Source: Emiliania huxleyi CCMP1516
Lineage: Eukaryota
Direction of reading: 5' to 3'
Length of the DNA stretch: 64,000 bases
NCBI RefSeq assembly: GCF_000372725.1
Contig: NW_005201176.1
Location: 62,001 to 126,000 of the forward strand
This document shows positions 9,687-22,900 of this stretch, piece by piece; positions within the stretch are counted from its first letter, which is position 1, and every line of letters starts with the position of its first letter. Both the position numbers and the translations under genes were made by a program. The notes under the pieces are model-generated. The model did no database searches, had not been told where the DNA came from, and was given only the letters and a program-made list of their open reading frames with translations.

Positions 9687-11884
9687 ATGGGTCTCACCGC
9701 CCGCCTGCCGCGCTCGTGCGTTGAGACCCTCGTGGGCTCCGTGCTCTGGCCAGCACTCTTTCCGATTGTGTTTCCATTATTCGTTCTCGTGTGGTCACCA
9801 TTTCTCGCGCTCGGCCTCTGCAGCTCCGACAGCGCTGTCGGCGTGCCTCCCGCCCTCCTCGCCTGGCGTCGCCTTCCATATCTGCTTCCGATGGTGCTCC
9901 TCGTCGACCTGCCGATTGCCATCTTATTCTTCGCGACAAATCTTATCGAGCAACTGATCCTCCGGAGCCCCCTCATCCTCGCCGTCTACAGCCTCTGCCG
10001 GCGCGCCTCACAGCTCCCGAACCGCGAGCCGACGCTCCCCGACACCGAGTCCGGTCATCACGCTCGCGAACGGCCGCACGCAAACACCAACGACGGCGCC
10101 CGCTATCGCGAGCACGACTCCGTCTGGGCTGCCCTCGAGGGCGACGGCGACAAGGTCCGGCCGGGCGATGTGAAGCTGATCAGTCTGAACTGGCTCATGG
10201 CGCTGGCAGAGCGGGGCGACGTACTCCCGCGGCGGCAGGACCTGCCAGAGGAGGCCTTCTTAAGCTCTGCTCAGCTGAGGCGGATCGAGCAAGGCGCCAG
10301 GCGCGGCTTTGACCTCGCCGACTTGGAGGAGGCCTTGGAGCGGAACATCAAGGAGCCCTCCCTCTCGTCCTGGCTCGGCTTTTCCGCGAGCTTGTTCTTC
10401 GGCCGCAAGCGCAACCCCGACGGGCTGCTCCCGATAATCTCCGTCTCCTACTGCTGGCTCGAGGCGGCGCATCCAGATCGTGAGGGCCGCCAGCTCCAGC
10501 TGCTCTCCCGCAAGCTGCGGGGCCTCTACGGCGGGCGCGGCCTGCTCGGCGCGTGCCGCGAATACGGCTTCTCGGACATGGTGAGCTGCCTCCCGCGCCT
10601 TGCCCATCGCCACTCCCTTCCTCACCGCCACTCTCTCCCTGGCTCGCGCAGGGCGTGTTTCTGGACTGGAGCTCGGGCTACCAGAAGGACCCAGCGCTGT
10701 TTGCCGAGCGGCGCGCGTATGAGGCGAGCCGATCGGCCGCGGAGAAGGCCGCCTTCGATCGCATGCTGGACAACACGATGGTGAGCACACGCCGACCCCC
10801 TCCTTCTTCCCCTGATAGCGTCACAACATGCACCGCTCTCACGGCACGTTGGCTTTACATTCCGCATTAGGACCTCTGGTACGCGCACGCCTCGATCACG
10901 GTCGTGCTGCTCACGCAGCTGCCCGACGAGCTGCCCGCCGGCTTTGACCGGAGCCGGACCTACGACGCTCGCGGCTGGACAACATTCGAGCGGTGCTCCG
11001 CGGAGCTGGGCGCAAAGCCCGCCTCGCTGGGCTTTGCCAAGTGGAAGCTCGTCATCGACGTCGCCAGCGACGACGGCGGCGCTCAGCGGCGGCTCCCCGC
11101 GACTCCGGAGCGCATGGCGAAGCTGCTCGCCGCTTGCCGCTTCACCAACGGCGCCGACTCGGCGACCGTACAGGCGCTCTACGAGAAGACGGCGAAGACC
11201 GTACTGGGAACGGTCGAGAAGCTCTACTACATCGGTCTGCCGCTCGTGCGTGGCGACGCGTGGACTAGCCCGGCGCTGCTGGCGGAGGCGCTAAACCATT
11301 GCGAGAGCCTCCGGACCCTCGCCCTAGCTGGGAATCGCCTCGACGACGAGGGCATGGCGGAGCTTGCGGCGGGGCTCGAGGACCGCGCGCTCCCGGCGCT
11401 TGAGTTCCTCATCCTACCGGCAAACCGCTTCGGCGCGCGCGGCGTCGGCGCGCTCTGCGGCGCGTTCCCTCGCGGCGTGGCGCCGACGCTGCAGATGCTC
11501 GGCGTCAGTCAGACACCTATTGGCGACGAGGGAGCAGTGGCGCTAGCTGCGGCGCTAGCGACGGGCAAGCCGTCGCATGCGCTGGACTTGTCGTACTGTG
11601 ATGTGGGCGACGAGGGCGCGATGACACTCGCGGCTGCCCTCCCGGCTGCAGCTCAGGGATGTCGCGTGATCGCCGCGAACAATCGGATCGGCCTCGCGGG
11701 CCAGGCGGCACTGCTAGATGCGCTCGAGGCGAAGCACGGGCCGCAGCTCCTGGGGCATGGCATGGCGGTCACTCAAATGAACTTGCTTCCCTGGTCGTAC
11801 TCGCTCATGCGCGCGTTGGGGCTGGCGCCGTGTGCTCGAGAGCGGCCGAGCCGCCGCCATGTAGCATGTAGGCACACCTTTTAA
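9687..11884 (+). CDS. Membrane-anchored HET-like domain + RI-type LRR protein, 3 exons
   Basis: ATG 9687; hydrophobic N-terminal helices. GT-AG introns 10581-10651 and 10781-10870. Motifs IISVSYCW, VFLDWSS.YQ, M.LWYAH, RGWTTFE, then LRRs (L.LAGNRLDDEG, IGDEGAVALA, VGDEGAMTLA). Confidence 0.75.
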
Positions 11885-12052
11885 TGTGTAAGGTGTAGTG
11901 CAAAAATAATCGGTTTGCAAGAAGAGAACTACCCAATCAAGACACCGGCACGCTTCCGTTTGGCTCACATGCCCCCTCCGCGCTGCCGCGCAACGCCCGC
12001 TCAAAGAGCTCGAGATAGCCCGCCTACTCCCCAGAAGAAGCCGCCATAGAAG

Positions 12053-12230
12053 CAAGCTGTATGCGGTGGGCGGTTACGCCGGCGGCCAGCTCATCAGCTC
12101 GGTGGAGCGGTACGACCCGGCCACCAACGCGTGGCAGGCGTTGGCGCCGATGGCGACGGCGCGGGCCTTTGCTGTCGCGCTCCTGATGTAGAGGTGGATT
12201 TAGAGGTGGAGAGGTGAAGAACAGTGTGTG
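12053..12230 (+). pseudogene. Orphan last Kelch repeat + 3' UTR fragment
   Basis: [45 protein letters not shown] closely matches the end of the Kelch gene at 13415-13578. Confidence 0.75.
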
Positions 12231-12403
12231 TACTTGTTACGTGAAAACCCGGACCCGGACGCCAGCACACACGGCTAGATTTCAGAAAGAAAGAAAGAAA
12301 GGAACCAGACAACCCAAGGGAGGGATGGGAGGACTAGATTTCAGCCCAGCAGATTTTCTCATTCTCCCACCGCCCCAGGCTTCAGCCCGCGCCACCCGCG
12401 CCG

Positions 12404-13550
12404 ATGGCCTCTCACCGCATCGGCGCGCGCGTCGCGGGCCTCTCGCCAGCGCAGCTGTGCGCCATCATCGAGGCGCAGGCGGGCGCGAGCGACGCCGCGC
12501 TGCGCGTGGCGGAGGAGCACGTCGCTCGCCTCGTGGAGCAGCCCGAGTGGGTCCTCTCCGAGGTCCTCCTCTCGCCGGACCTCGCTCCACACATCCTCGC
12601 CCAGCTGCCGACCACGGAGCACGCCGTCAAGGGGACGTGCCGCGCGTGGCGCCGCGGCTGGAAGGAGACGCTGCCGAAGCGCGAGAGGCCGCGCCTGCTC
12701 GTGATCGGCGGCTACGGTGAGGACAACGACGAGTTTGTCAACTCGCTGGAGCGGTACGACCCTTCAACAAACGAGTGGGAGGAGGAGGCTGTGGCGCCGA
12801 TGCCGACGGCACGAGATTTTGTTGGCACGGCGGTGATCGATGGCAAGCTCTACGCGGCGGGCGACAATAGTGAGGACGGCGCAACTTCCAATGGTGGAGC
12901 GGTACGACTTGGCTGCGAACGCGTGGGAGGCGGTGGCGCCGATGGTGACACCACGCGAGAACCACGACGTGGCGGTGCTCGACGGCAAGGTCTACGCTGT
13001 TGGCGGGTACATCGGCGACGACGACACCACCCTCAGCTCGGTGGAGCGGTACGACCTGGCTGCCAATTCGTGGGAGGCGGTGGCGCCGATGGCGACGGCG
13101 CGGGGCCATCACGCCGTGGCGGTGCTCGACGGCAAGCTGTACGCTGTTGGCGGGTACAGCGACGGCGGCGGCCGCCTCAGCTCGGTCGAGCGGTACGATC
13201 CGGCTGCCAATTCGTGGGAGGCGGTGGCGCCGATGGCGACGGCGCGGGCAGCTCCCACCGTGGCGGTGCTCGACGGCAAGCTGTACGCTGTGGGCGGATG
13301 GAACGGCGGCACCTTCAGCTCGGTCGAGCGGTACGACCCGGCGCTGGATGCGTGGGAGGCGGTGGCGCCGATGGCGACGGCTCGGTGCCATCACGCTGTG
13401 GTGGTGCTCGACGGCAAGCTCTATGCTGTGGGAGGCTACGACAACGGCTACCTCAGCTCGGTGGAGCGGTACGACCCGACCGCCAACGCGTGGCAGGCGG
13501 TGGCGCCGATGGCGACGGCGCGGGCCTTTGCTGTCGCGCTCCTGATGTAG
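12404..13550 (+). pseudogene. F-box-like + Kelch-repeat protein with one frameshift near 12892
   Basis: VLLSPDLAPHILAQL..TCRAWR, then repeated [27 protein letters not shown]. The frame switches between the two ORFs at about 12892 (real frameshift or sequencing error). Confidence 0.8.
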
Positions 13551-13686
13551 AGGTGGAAGAGGTGAAGAACAGTGTGTGAGAAAGAATTGTGCGTTCGATC
13601 TAGTGAGCGGTTTCCTTTGCTGCGCGAGATCGAGGAAAGTGTTTTTCGCTATTCTTTTTCGCACGCCCTCCCAGGCTGCTACCCAG

Positions 13687-13722
13687 GCGGAATCGACCTA
13701 TCAAGTGCTCAAGTGCTCAAGT
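13687..13722 (+). mobile_element. Very short 5'-truncated retroposon copy (tail only)
   Basis: GCGGAATCGACCTATCAAGTGCTCAAGTGCTCAAGT; duplicated at 19251-19286 and 38991-39026 on the minus strand. Confidence 0.75.
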
Positions 13723-13855
13723 CGGTAACCTCACACCCAGGCGTCGCCAAAAAGAAACGCGGAGCCCACCCTCACCCCCCCCCAAAAGCAGCTGGGCTAG
13801 GGCCTAGGCCTAGGGCTGGGCACCGGGACCTTCTCAAAAGTATCGAGTCAGTCGG

Positions 13856-13977
13856 TCGATCCTGTACCGTGTTTGTTATGACCCCCCTCAATGAACACTC
13901 CAGTGAGGGAGGGCGAGACGATCGAGGGGTCCCGTACCACGCGGAATCGACCCTATCCAGTGCTCAAGTGCTCAAGT
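13856..13977 (+). mobile_element. Non-LTR retroposon 3' end with (AGTGCTCA)n tail and TSD
   Basis: Flanked by AGTCAGTCGGTC at 13846-13857 and 13985-13996; ends CCAGTGCTCAAGTGCTCAAGT. Confidence 0.85.
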
Positions 13978-14026
13978 CATCGAAAGTCAGTCGGTCAGTC
14001 AAAGTGGCGCAGTAGTCATCTGTCCG

Positions 14027-15351
14027 ATGGAGGCTCATCTTGGTGGAACGCAGACGGCCGATCACGAGGCGAACGCTTCTGAGGATATTGCTAGGGATGT
14101 TGCCGGGGGGGGCCTCCGCGTGGCCAAACGCCCTTGGCAGCCCGCCGAGGATGACCGCCTCCTTGAGCTCGTGCAGCGGTTTGGTCCGCACCGGTGGGGC
14201 AAAATCGCGTCCCACCTCCCTGGCAGGATTGGCAAGCAATGCCGCGAAAGGTGTGAGCCCCGTGGCACACAGCACGGCTAGTTATCCGCCCAGCACCAGA
14301 ACCTCCCAGCCCGGAGCCGCCCCCCACCACCACCACCGCTGGTAGGTGGCACAACCAGCTCTGTCCGAGGGTGAACAAGGATGAATGGACCGTGGAGGAG
14401 GATGCGCTGATCTTGCACCTTGTGCAGGAGATGGGCACCAAGTGGTCCAAGATGACGACGCTGTTGCCCGGCCGTACGGACAATGCCATCAAGAATAGAT
14501 GGAATGCGAGGATGCGTCGCGAGAAGCGGCGGCAGAAGCGGTCGCCATCCCTCGCAAGACCCGAGGTGGACCCCATCGGGACGGGGAAGGCTGAGGAGGC
14601 CACAGGCAAGACCTCAGCCGACGAGGCGAAATCCTGCTCCCTGCCCGCACTGATCATCGACGACGGCACCTTCGCCACTGACCTTTTGGAGCGAAGTGCC
14701 TTTGCGATGGAGGAGCCTGTCTTCCCCTACCCCGTCGTCGCGACCGTTAAGGTGCCTGACGGCACCTTCGCCAATGACCTTTTGGACTCCCCCGTCATCA
14801 CGACCGTCGAGGCGGCGTCAACGATCGAGGCGCCGGCCTGCAAGTCGCCAACCAAACGCAACCGCGGCGCCGCTGGCTTTGCGAGCCCGGCCTGCTTCCG
14901 TCCACCTCCAGGCTGCAGCTCCATCTATGCGCTTGCTGCGCGCGCTGAGTCTCCCGAAGGCCCCCCCACCGACGTCGCCAACTACCTCACGCCGCCCGCC
15001 AAACGCGCAATGTCCAAGAAGAAGAAGGCGAAGGCTGCGGTTCCTTCATCTTGCACCTCGAGTTCATACGAAGAAGAAGAAGACGCTCTGTTGTCCTTTG
15101 AGTTGTTCGACCAGCTCTCTCTGAACCTCAACAACGAGCGCGTTGACGATCTCGCGCACCTTGGCGGGCTGCACGATGAGATGTGGGTCCGGTGCGGGCA
15201 TCTCGCGGACAGGTGGTTCGATGGATCGATCGTCGAAGCGCATACGCACTGGCAAGTGACTCAAGGAGACCAGGAGAGTTGCTCGACATGTGACCTCGTG
15301 GACCTGCCAGATTCGCCCGACCTGTCCGATCTCATCTCTGACCTGAGTTGA
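14027..15351 (+). CDS. R2R3-Myb transcription factor, copy 1
   Basis: KRPWQPAEDDRL...WGKIASHLPGRIGKQCRER|WHNQLCP.VNKDEWTVEED...WSKM...LPGRTDNAIKNRWN. GT-AG intron 14251-14345. Confidence 0.93.
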
Positions 15352-15922
15352 TCCGACCTGGCACCTGCCCAATGCAACGTAGTAGTAGCCCAACCTAGTT
15401 CAGACAGTGCAATGTCCTCGCCGTACACCAGGATAGATAGGCGCCTTGCTGGCCGGGACAAAAAGGTCATCGTCCTGTATCTCTACATATGCCATATCTG
15501 AGCAGGCAGGGGCCCAGGGCCCAGAGAGTAGGCACGCCGCACACGGAGGGGTTTTGTGCGGAGTCGCTTAGGCGGCTCCGGTGGTGTGCCTGTGATAGTG
15601 CTAGCACGCGCCAGTTCGCACCTGTGTCGAGCCTGTCTGCTGTGAGAGAGAGTTGTCCTATTTAAATTCTTTTGTACTTGCACTGTCCTCTTCGTGGCGG
15701 TGAGCCAGGATGGCGCCGGGTTCCACCTTTTAGATACATAATTTGTATCGCGCGCCTTACATAATTTCGAGTTTCGTAACACCCACACGACGAGAGATAG
15801 TATATACCCCGTACCTGGGGGAGGGGGCCGCTGGACGCGCTGGAGAGACGTCAAGCCACTCGCGTGCGCCACACAAACACAACACAACGCAATTCCCCAA
15901 GGTGCCTCACCGCAGAAAGCTG

Positions 15923-17637
15923 CTAGACGTTGCTCGCGTCGGTCTCGCTCGACGAGGTGCGCGCGAGGCGGCTGCTCGCCGCTCCGCGCGGCGCATCCGA
16001 CGAGGCGGCGCCGCCGTCGCCCTCGAGGTGCGCAAAGGCGTCCGCGAGGGCGTTCGCGCGCGCCTCGGAGGTGTTGTCCGCGTCGATGCCGGCGCAGTGC
16101 GTGATGGCGTAGGAGAGCTTGGCCTTTGCGATGTGGAGCGAGGTGTACTTTGGCCACTCGATGGAGAAGAAGCAGGTGTGCGCCACCGGCAAGTGCTGGT
16201 CGGGCGTGAGCGTCTCGAGGGCGTGGACCCGCATCGTCGCGTCGCCCCACTCTGCCTCGGTGAGCGGCAGCCTAGATGGGGGGAGGGGAGGCGGTCAAAA
16301 GGGAGGGGCGCGCCGCGCCACTCCGCCTCGGCCGAGGCGGCGGCCGGTTGCGCCCCCAGATGAACTTGAGGAAGGCGCGCCGCTGCTCGGGGGAGAAGGC
16401 CTGTTCACAGCGGCAGGTGTGAAGGCCGGCGGCGGCGTGCGGACCGGCCGCCCCGCCGGCGAGAAGAAGGGGGGGGAGGCCTCGAGCGCGCTCCAAAAGT
16501 GCTTGACGTGCGACTGCGACGGCGAGACGCCGACGCCGTACCGCGTGTGCCGTCGCAGCGCGGCGAGGTCGATGTCGGCGACGCCGCACGCCAGCCGCTC
16601 GAGCTCCTTTCCGGTGAGGAGGGCGAGCAGGCGGCCGCATGGGACGATGGAGGCGACGCCGGAGCGCATCGCCGCGTAGCCCGCGCGGCCCTCGGCCAGC
16701 CGCGCGGCGAGGGCGAGGCCGCAGTAGGCGTGCCGGTTGTGGAAGGTGACTGGCAGCGCCGCGCCGCCGTCACACAGCTCCACCAGCGAGCCGTCGGAGA
16801 GCTCCACCTCGAAGCAGTTGAAGAAGAGGTCGCCAAAGAGCGCCGCGTCCACGCCCTCGCGGTCGATGTGCCTCAGCGAGCGGAGCGAGTTTGCCGCCGC
16901 GTCGTCGAAGCCGGCGAGGTCGGCCTCGTCGAGGGGCGAGCCGACGAGCACCTTCCACACGTGCAGCTGTGAATAGTCCAGCTGTGAACAGTGCAGCTGT
17001 GAATAGGAGCACCTTCCACACGTGCAGCTGTGAATAGTCCAGCTGTGAACAGTGCAGCTGTGAATAGGAGCACCTTCCACACATGCTCGCACAGCTCGAG
17101 GTCGAGCACCGTGTCCCGCTGCAGCAGCGCGCAGCCGAGCAGCAGCCCGAGCATGCGCCACCCGTCGAGCGCTCGCGGAGAGCTCGCCGACGGGCGCGCC
17201 AAGAAGGAGGAGCGGTTGGAGCCGAGGCTGTGCTGCCCGTTCGGGCAGCGCTGCAGCAGCTCGGACGAGTCGGCCTGCAGCTCCGCGCACAAGTTGGTAA
17301 AGGCCTCGCGGTAGAGCCCGCCGTAGTCGTCGCCAGCCTCGCCCACAAACTTGACGCGGAACCCGCGGTCGCGCCGCCGCATCTTTGCCATGTCGGCGCC
17401 CCGCAGCCCGGTCAGCATCTGCGAGAAGAGCGTCCCGCTGTGCCTGTTCACAGCAGAGGGTGTGAAGAGACGCTGTGTTCACACCTCCTGGAGAAGAGCG
17501 TCCCGCTGTGCCCCGACTCGCGCCGCGCCGCAGGGGACCCCTCGCCGCCCCCCACCTCCACCGCTAGCGCCGACCCGCCGCCGCCGCTGCTCCCGCCCCC
17601 GCCGTCGCCGCCGCCGCCGCCGCCGCCGCGCCCTCCG

Positions 17638-17699
<62 letters not shown>

Positions 17700-19915
17700 C
17701 TCCCCGCCGCCTCCTTCCTCGCTGCCGCTGGCGCCGCCGCCCTCGTCGCCCTCGCCGCCCGCGGCGGGCGACGCCGAGCGCGATGCGCCGCCCGCCGCGC
17801 GCTGCATCGCCTCCTCCGCCTCGAAGCGGTTGAGGCGCACAACGACCGCCTCCTTGGACTTTTGGATGGGTGGCGTGTCGGCCGCCTTGTCGGGCAGCCC
17901 CCCCTCCCACGCGCGCATCTTGACGTCGTAAAAGACGAGGTGGCGCAGCGCAGACAGCCGCCCCCCCAGCGTGCCGGGCGCGGCGCACCAGCCGGTGAGT
18001 GCATACGGCAGCAGCGCCTCCGCCTCGTGGTTGAGCCGCACCTACTCCGGACGGGGGGGGGGGGCGCGTGAAGAGACGCCGTTCACAGCAGCGCCTCCGC
18101 CTCGTGGTTGAGCACCAGCAGGGCCCACCGCGCCGCGATGGGCGCCGTGTCGCTCTCTGCCGTCGGAGCGAGCGCGGCGAGGGAAGGGCAGCTGCCGCCG
18201 AGCTTGGCGAGCTCTGCGCGCGCCGCTCCGGGCCTCCACGGCGCGAGCAGCTCTGCCCGCGAGACGTCCCTCATCCTATTCACAGCTGCACTGTTCACAG
18301 CTGGACGATTCACAGCTCTGCCCGCGAGACGTCCCTCATCCTCCGCTCGCTCTTGCCGCGCGTGGCGAGGTAGCGCGCGTACGCGATCAGCTCGAGGTCG
18401 AGCTCCGCGCACCAAGCGCCCCACCCGTCCGGCGGCCAGCCCTCGCACCCCGGCCCCTCGTTGCAGTCCCGCATCCACCGACCAACCACGCGCCTCGCGG
18501 CCGACAGCACCGCGGGCGGTGGCAGCGCGGCGGCGGCGGCGGCGAGCGGCGCGCGCAGCCTCTCCTCGCTCGCGGCGGCGGCGGCGGCGTACCCGTCGAG
18601 GACGGCGACAAGCACCGCGCCGAGATCGGCCAGGCGGCGCAGCAGCTGCGCCTGCCGCGGGGGCATGCCCACCGCGCCCGCGCCGGCGCCCGCGCCGGCA
18701 CCCGCGCCGCCCGGTGCGGCCGCCGGCCCGAGAAGCGCGACGCGCGCCTCCACGGCGGCGCTGCGAGGCAGGTGCACCTCGGCGAGCGGGGAGAGGCCAG
18801 GCAGCGAGGCGAGCAGCTCGGAGTACAGCTGCGCGTGCAGCGGCAGCAGGTTGGAGGCGTCCCTGTCGGCGGCGTGCCACCGCACCGCGCGCGCGAGAGG
18901 CAGCAGCCGGGAGAGGCGCCAGCTCGCTCGCTGGTCCTCGTGGGGCGAGTGGGCGGCCGGCGGCGGCAGCTGCAGCAGCGCGAGCAGGATGGCGCACGCC
19001 TCGGGCTTGGAGCGGCCGAGCGGGTGCTGCAGCAGCGCGAGCAGGTCGTCGAAGACCTGGCGGGAGAGCAGCGCGGACGGCGCCTCGTCCAGGAGGAGCC
19101 TACCGCCCACCGAGACCGCCCGAGCTCACCCGAGCTCGCCCGAGCTCGNNNNNNNNNNNNNNNNNNNNNNNNNNNNNNNNNNNNNNNNNNNNNNNNNNNN
19201 NNNNNNNNNNNNNNNNNNNNNNNNNNNNNNNNNNNNNNNNNNNNNNNNCGACTTGAGCACTTGAGCACTTGATAGGTCGATTCCGCCTGGGTAGCAGCCT
19301 GGGAGGGCGTGCGAAAAAGAATAGCGAAAAACACTTTCCTCGATCTCGCGCAGCAAAGGAAACCGCTCACTAGATCGAACGCACAATTCTTTCTCACACA
19401 CTGTTCTTCACCTCTTCCACCTCTACATCAGGAGCGCGACAGGGAAGGCCGGGGCCGTCTCGATCGGCGCCGCCGCCTGACACGCGTTGGCGGTCGGGTC
19501 GTACCGCTCCACCGAGCTGAGGTAGCCGTTGTCGTAGCCTCCCACAGCATAGAGCTTGCCGTCGAGCACCACCACAGCGAGAGAAGGGAAGAGAGGGGGG
19601 AGAAGGGGAAGAGATGGGGGCGGCTCGTCCGCCTCGACGAGCAGCGCGGCGGCGCCCGGGATGTGCACTCTGCGAGGCGCGCTGCTCCGGCTACCCGCCG
19701 GGCGCCACTCTCCCCCGGAGAGTGAGACGGCGGCGGAGAGCCCGCGCCTGCTAAGTCACCATTCCGGATGACCCGAGGGGTGCCTCGCCATTGCCGGCGG
19801 CGGAGAGCCCGCGCCGCAGATCGGCGAGCGCGTCGTCGCGCAGCAGGCAGGTGAACTGCGCCGGAGCCCGCCCGAGGAGCGGCCCGAGCGATGCGAGCGC
19901 ACCGCGCGGCTTGTC

Positions 19916-19973
<58 letters not shown>

Positions 19974-22900
19974 TGCCCGCCGGCGGCGTGCGCGAGCTTG
20001 AGCAGCGCGAGCAGCTGCGGCGGGTCCGAGGCGACAGAGGCGACGGCGACCGACATCGGGTCGCTCCCCTCCTCGCCGCCGTCCGACGCGGCGGGAGCCG
20101 GCGGGCGCGAGAGAAGCAGCAGCGTCGCCTGCCGCATCGCGAGCCGCGCGAGGCCGAGCTGCAGCGGCATCACCGCCCGCCGGCAGAGGGTCGCCGCTGA
20201 GAGCGGCACACCGCCTAACGGATGGCCCACCGTGCTCGAGCATGAAGCCTTCGCCCGGCTCGCCGCTGAGAGAGCGGCACGCCGCCGTCGCCCGACGCCG
20301 GGGCGAGCCACGCCGTGGCAGCCGCCTCAGGCACCGACAGCTCCGCGGCAGACGCGCGCAGCAGCAGCGGCGCGTCGCTCGCCTCGCACTTTGTGAGCAG
20401 CGTGACCGCCGTGCCGTACCCCGCCTCCGCCTGCTCACGCGGCACGCAGCTGTGAAGAGGCGCCGCTCACACCGCGCACCGCACCAGCCGCGCCCCGCCC
20501 CAGCCTCGTCGGCGACGCCTTCGGCGGGCGCGTCCACCGCCACCACCAGCCCGACCTCCCCGCCCGGCAGGCGGAGGGGCGAGCCGGCGACCAGCTCGAG
20601 CGCCGACAGCGGCGGCAGATGCGCCGGCGCGCGAGGCGCCTCGCCCTCGCCGAGCTGCCGCGCCTCGCCGCCGCCCGCGCCAGCCACGTGCGATGCAAAC
20701 GCCCCCCCGCCGGAGGGGCTGCCGGACTGCAGCGGCTGCGGGCTGCTTCCGCCGCCGCCGCCCGCGCGGACGGCGGCGGAGGCGGCGGCGGCGGTGGCGG
20801 CGGCCTCGTACCCATAGTCCATGGCGGCCAGGTTCGCGGCCGGCACAAACTCGCCTACTCAACGGCGACTTCCTCCCACGTCTTCGAGCTGGTCGGAGAG
20901 TGCGTGGTGGACGAGGCCCGGGCGGGCTCGCCGATGCGGGCGGCGGCGCCGGCGGCGCCGGAAGGGAGGCCGCTGCTCTTGCTCGGCGCGGGGCGGGGCA
21001 CCTCCACGCGGAAGGACTGGCCCGGCCGGATCCCCTGAGGCAGCACGGTGCGGAAGCGCCGCCCCGCCTGGTCCTGCACGAGCACCGACTGGCCGGGCGC
21101 CACCGGAGCACCGCCCGCCGGCCAGGTCACGGAGAGGGTGATCGAGCCGCGCGGGGCGTCGGGCTGAGCGTCGCGCCCGGCCGGCGGCGGCATGAGGAAC
21201 CTGGGGAGGGGGCCGGGCAGCTCCTCACCAGAGTGGCTGGCGTGTGTGTCCTCGGCCGGCGGCGGGCGGACACTTCCTAGACACTTCCTAGACACTTCCT
21301 AGGCAACAGACCGCGCACTCGGCCGGCGGCCGTGAGTGCTCTGCCGACCGAGGCCGGTCGGCACCCCCCGTCCCGGAGTGTCTAGGAAGTGTCTAGGAAG
21401 TGTCTAGGAAGGTACCCACCAGCCGTCTGGGCCGACTGCGGGCGCCCCATCGAGCCTCGTTGCCGCCGCCAGCTCGCCGAGGCGGTCCGAGGTGAGCCCG
21501 CTCTCCCCCCCCGCCGCCTCCCCCTCCGCACCGCCCCCCTCCTCCCCACCCCCCTCCCCCTCCTCCTCTCCGTCACTGGCGGGCATCGGCGGCGGCTCCT
21601 CATCACCCGCCTCCTCCTCCCCCTCCGCCGCCGCCGCCGCCACGTCCATCAGCCAAGAGACGGCGGCGTCGGGGTTGCCGCGGCTCAAACGCAGGGCCTT
21701 GTTGGCTCACCGCGAAGCGTCGATGCCGAGAGGAGCCGGGAGGAGCCGACAGGAGCCGAGAGGAGCCGAGCGGAGCCGAGAGGAGGCGAGAGGAGCCGAG
21801 CGGAGCCGAGAGGAGGCGAGAGGAGCCGAGCGGAGCCGAGAGGAGGCGAGAGGAGGCGAGAGGAGGCGAGCGGCGGCGTGAGGCGTCGCCTTGTGGCACA
21901 CAGCTGGCGATGCGTCGATCCCGAGCTCTGCCACGTTCTGCGACAGCGCGTACGCCGCCTCCCACCTAGTCGCGTGCCCAGCCACACTACTCACCCACCA
22001 CCACCCAGCGGTGGGAGGACGCACGCAGCCGCGCGCCGCGATGACCGCCCGAGCCGCGGCGTCGGCGGCGGCGGCAGCGGCGGCGGCGGCGGAGAGGAGG
22101 GGAGCGCGGCGCCTGCGCCCTGCGGCGACGGCGGGGCGGCGACGGGGCGGGGCGGGGCGCCGTCGGCGCGGGTGGAGGACTCCATCGCGGCGACGAGGCG
22201 CGCGAAGCCCTCGTCCACCTCGTCCGGCGAGGAGCGGCGCCCGCTCGCCTCCCTGCCGCTGCCACTGCTCCTGCCGCTGCGCGTCGCCGACGACGTTGAA
22301 TCGAAGCTCGCCCGCTCCGCCTGCTCGCAGCTTGCCTGCGTGTGGCCGCTGCACCTCTCTCTTCCTCGCAAGGAGCCGCCCCTCGCCCCCTCCTCCGCCT
22401 GCGTCTCCTCCGCCGCCGACCCGTCCGCCGCGCCAGAGCCGCCCGACACAAGCGGGAGCGGCGGAGACTGCGAGCGGCCATCGAGCAAGAGAGCCGCCTG
22501 GGCGCGAGAGGAGCCCGAAGATGGACCGAGACTGTCCCGAGGTGAGGCATCCGAAGAGGAGGGCTGCGCCTGCGCGCGCGCGGAGGCGAGGAAGCCGCCA
22601 CCCTCCCGCAGCGGCGCCGCCCGCCGCCCGGCCAGCAGAGCCCGCAGCGACGCCTCCCCGGCGAGCGCCAAGGCCTAGGCTCGGAACAATCTCGGGTGGG
22701 TCTGCGGCGATCTCGGGCGGCGTGGGAGCCGCCCGGTGCGCGAGAAGGCAAGGGGCCTCGGCGGGCGGGCGGCGGGTGGCGGCGAGCTCGGAGACGGTCA
22801 GCTCTGCTGCGGCTAGCAGGCGGCCGCACTCGTCGCGCGAGAGCGGCGTCCGGTCGGGCGAGGAGCGGGTGGCGTCGGCGACGAGGAGGGGGACCAGCCC

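Larger units (their letters stand above)
13673..15651. repeat. ~2 kb segmental duplication (inverted copy at 37078-39040)
   Basis: Near-identical reverse complement including the Myb gene, both retroposon pieces and the 3' flank. Confidence 0.95.

Noticed and set aside
16947..17083. Repeat-spacer-like pattern resembling a CRISPR array
   Set aside because: The spacers are identical, there are no cas genes, and it lies inside a eukaryotic HECT gene; explained as a duplicated intron filler.
19249..19577. Kelch fragment as a real insertion disrupting the HECT gene
   Set aside because: It abuts an N gap, copies 13397-13724 and has a cluster of mismatches; a misassembled contig end is at least as likely.
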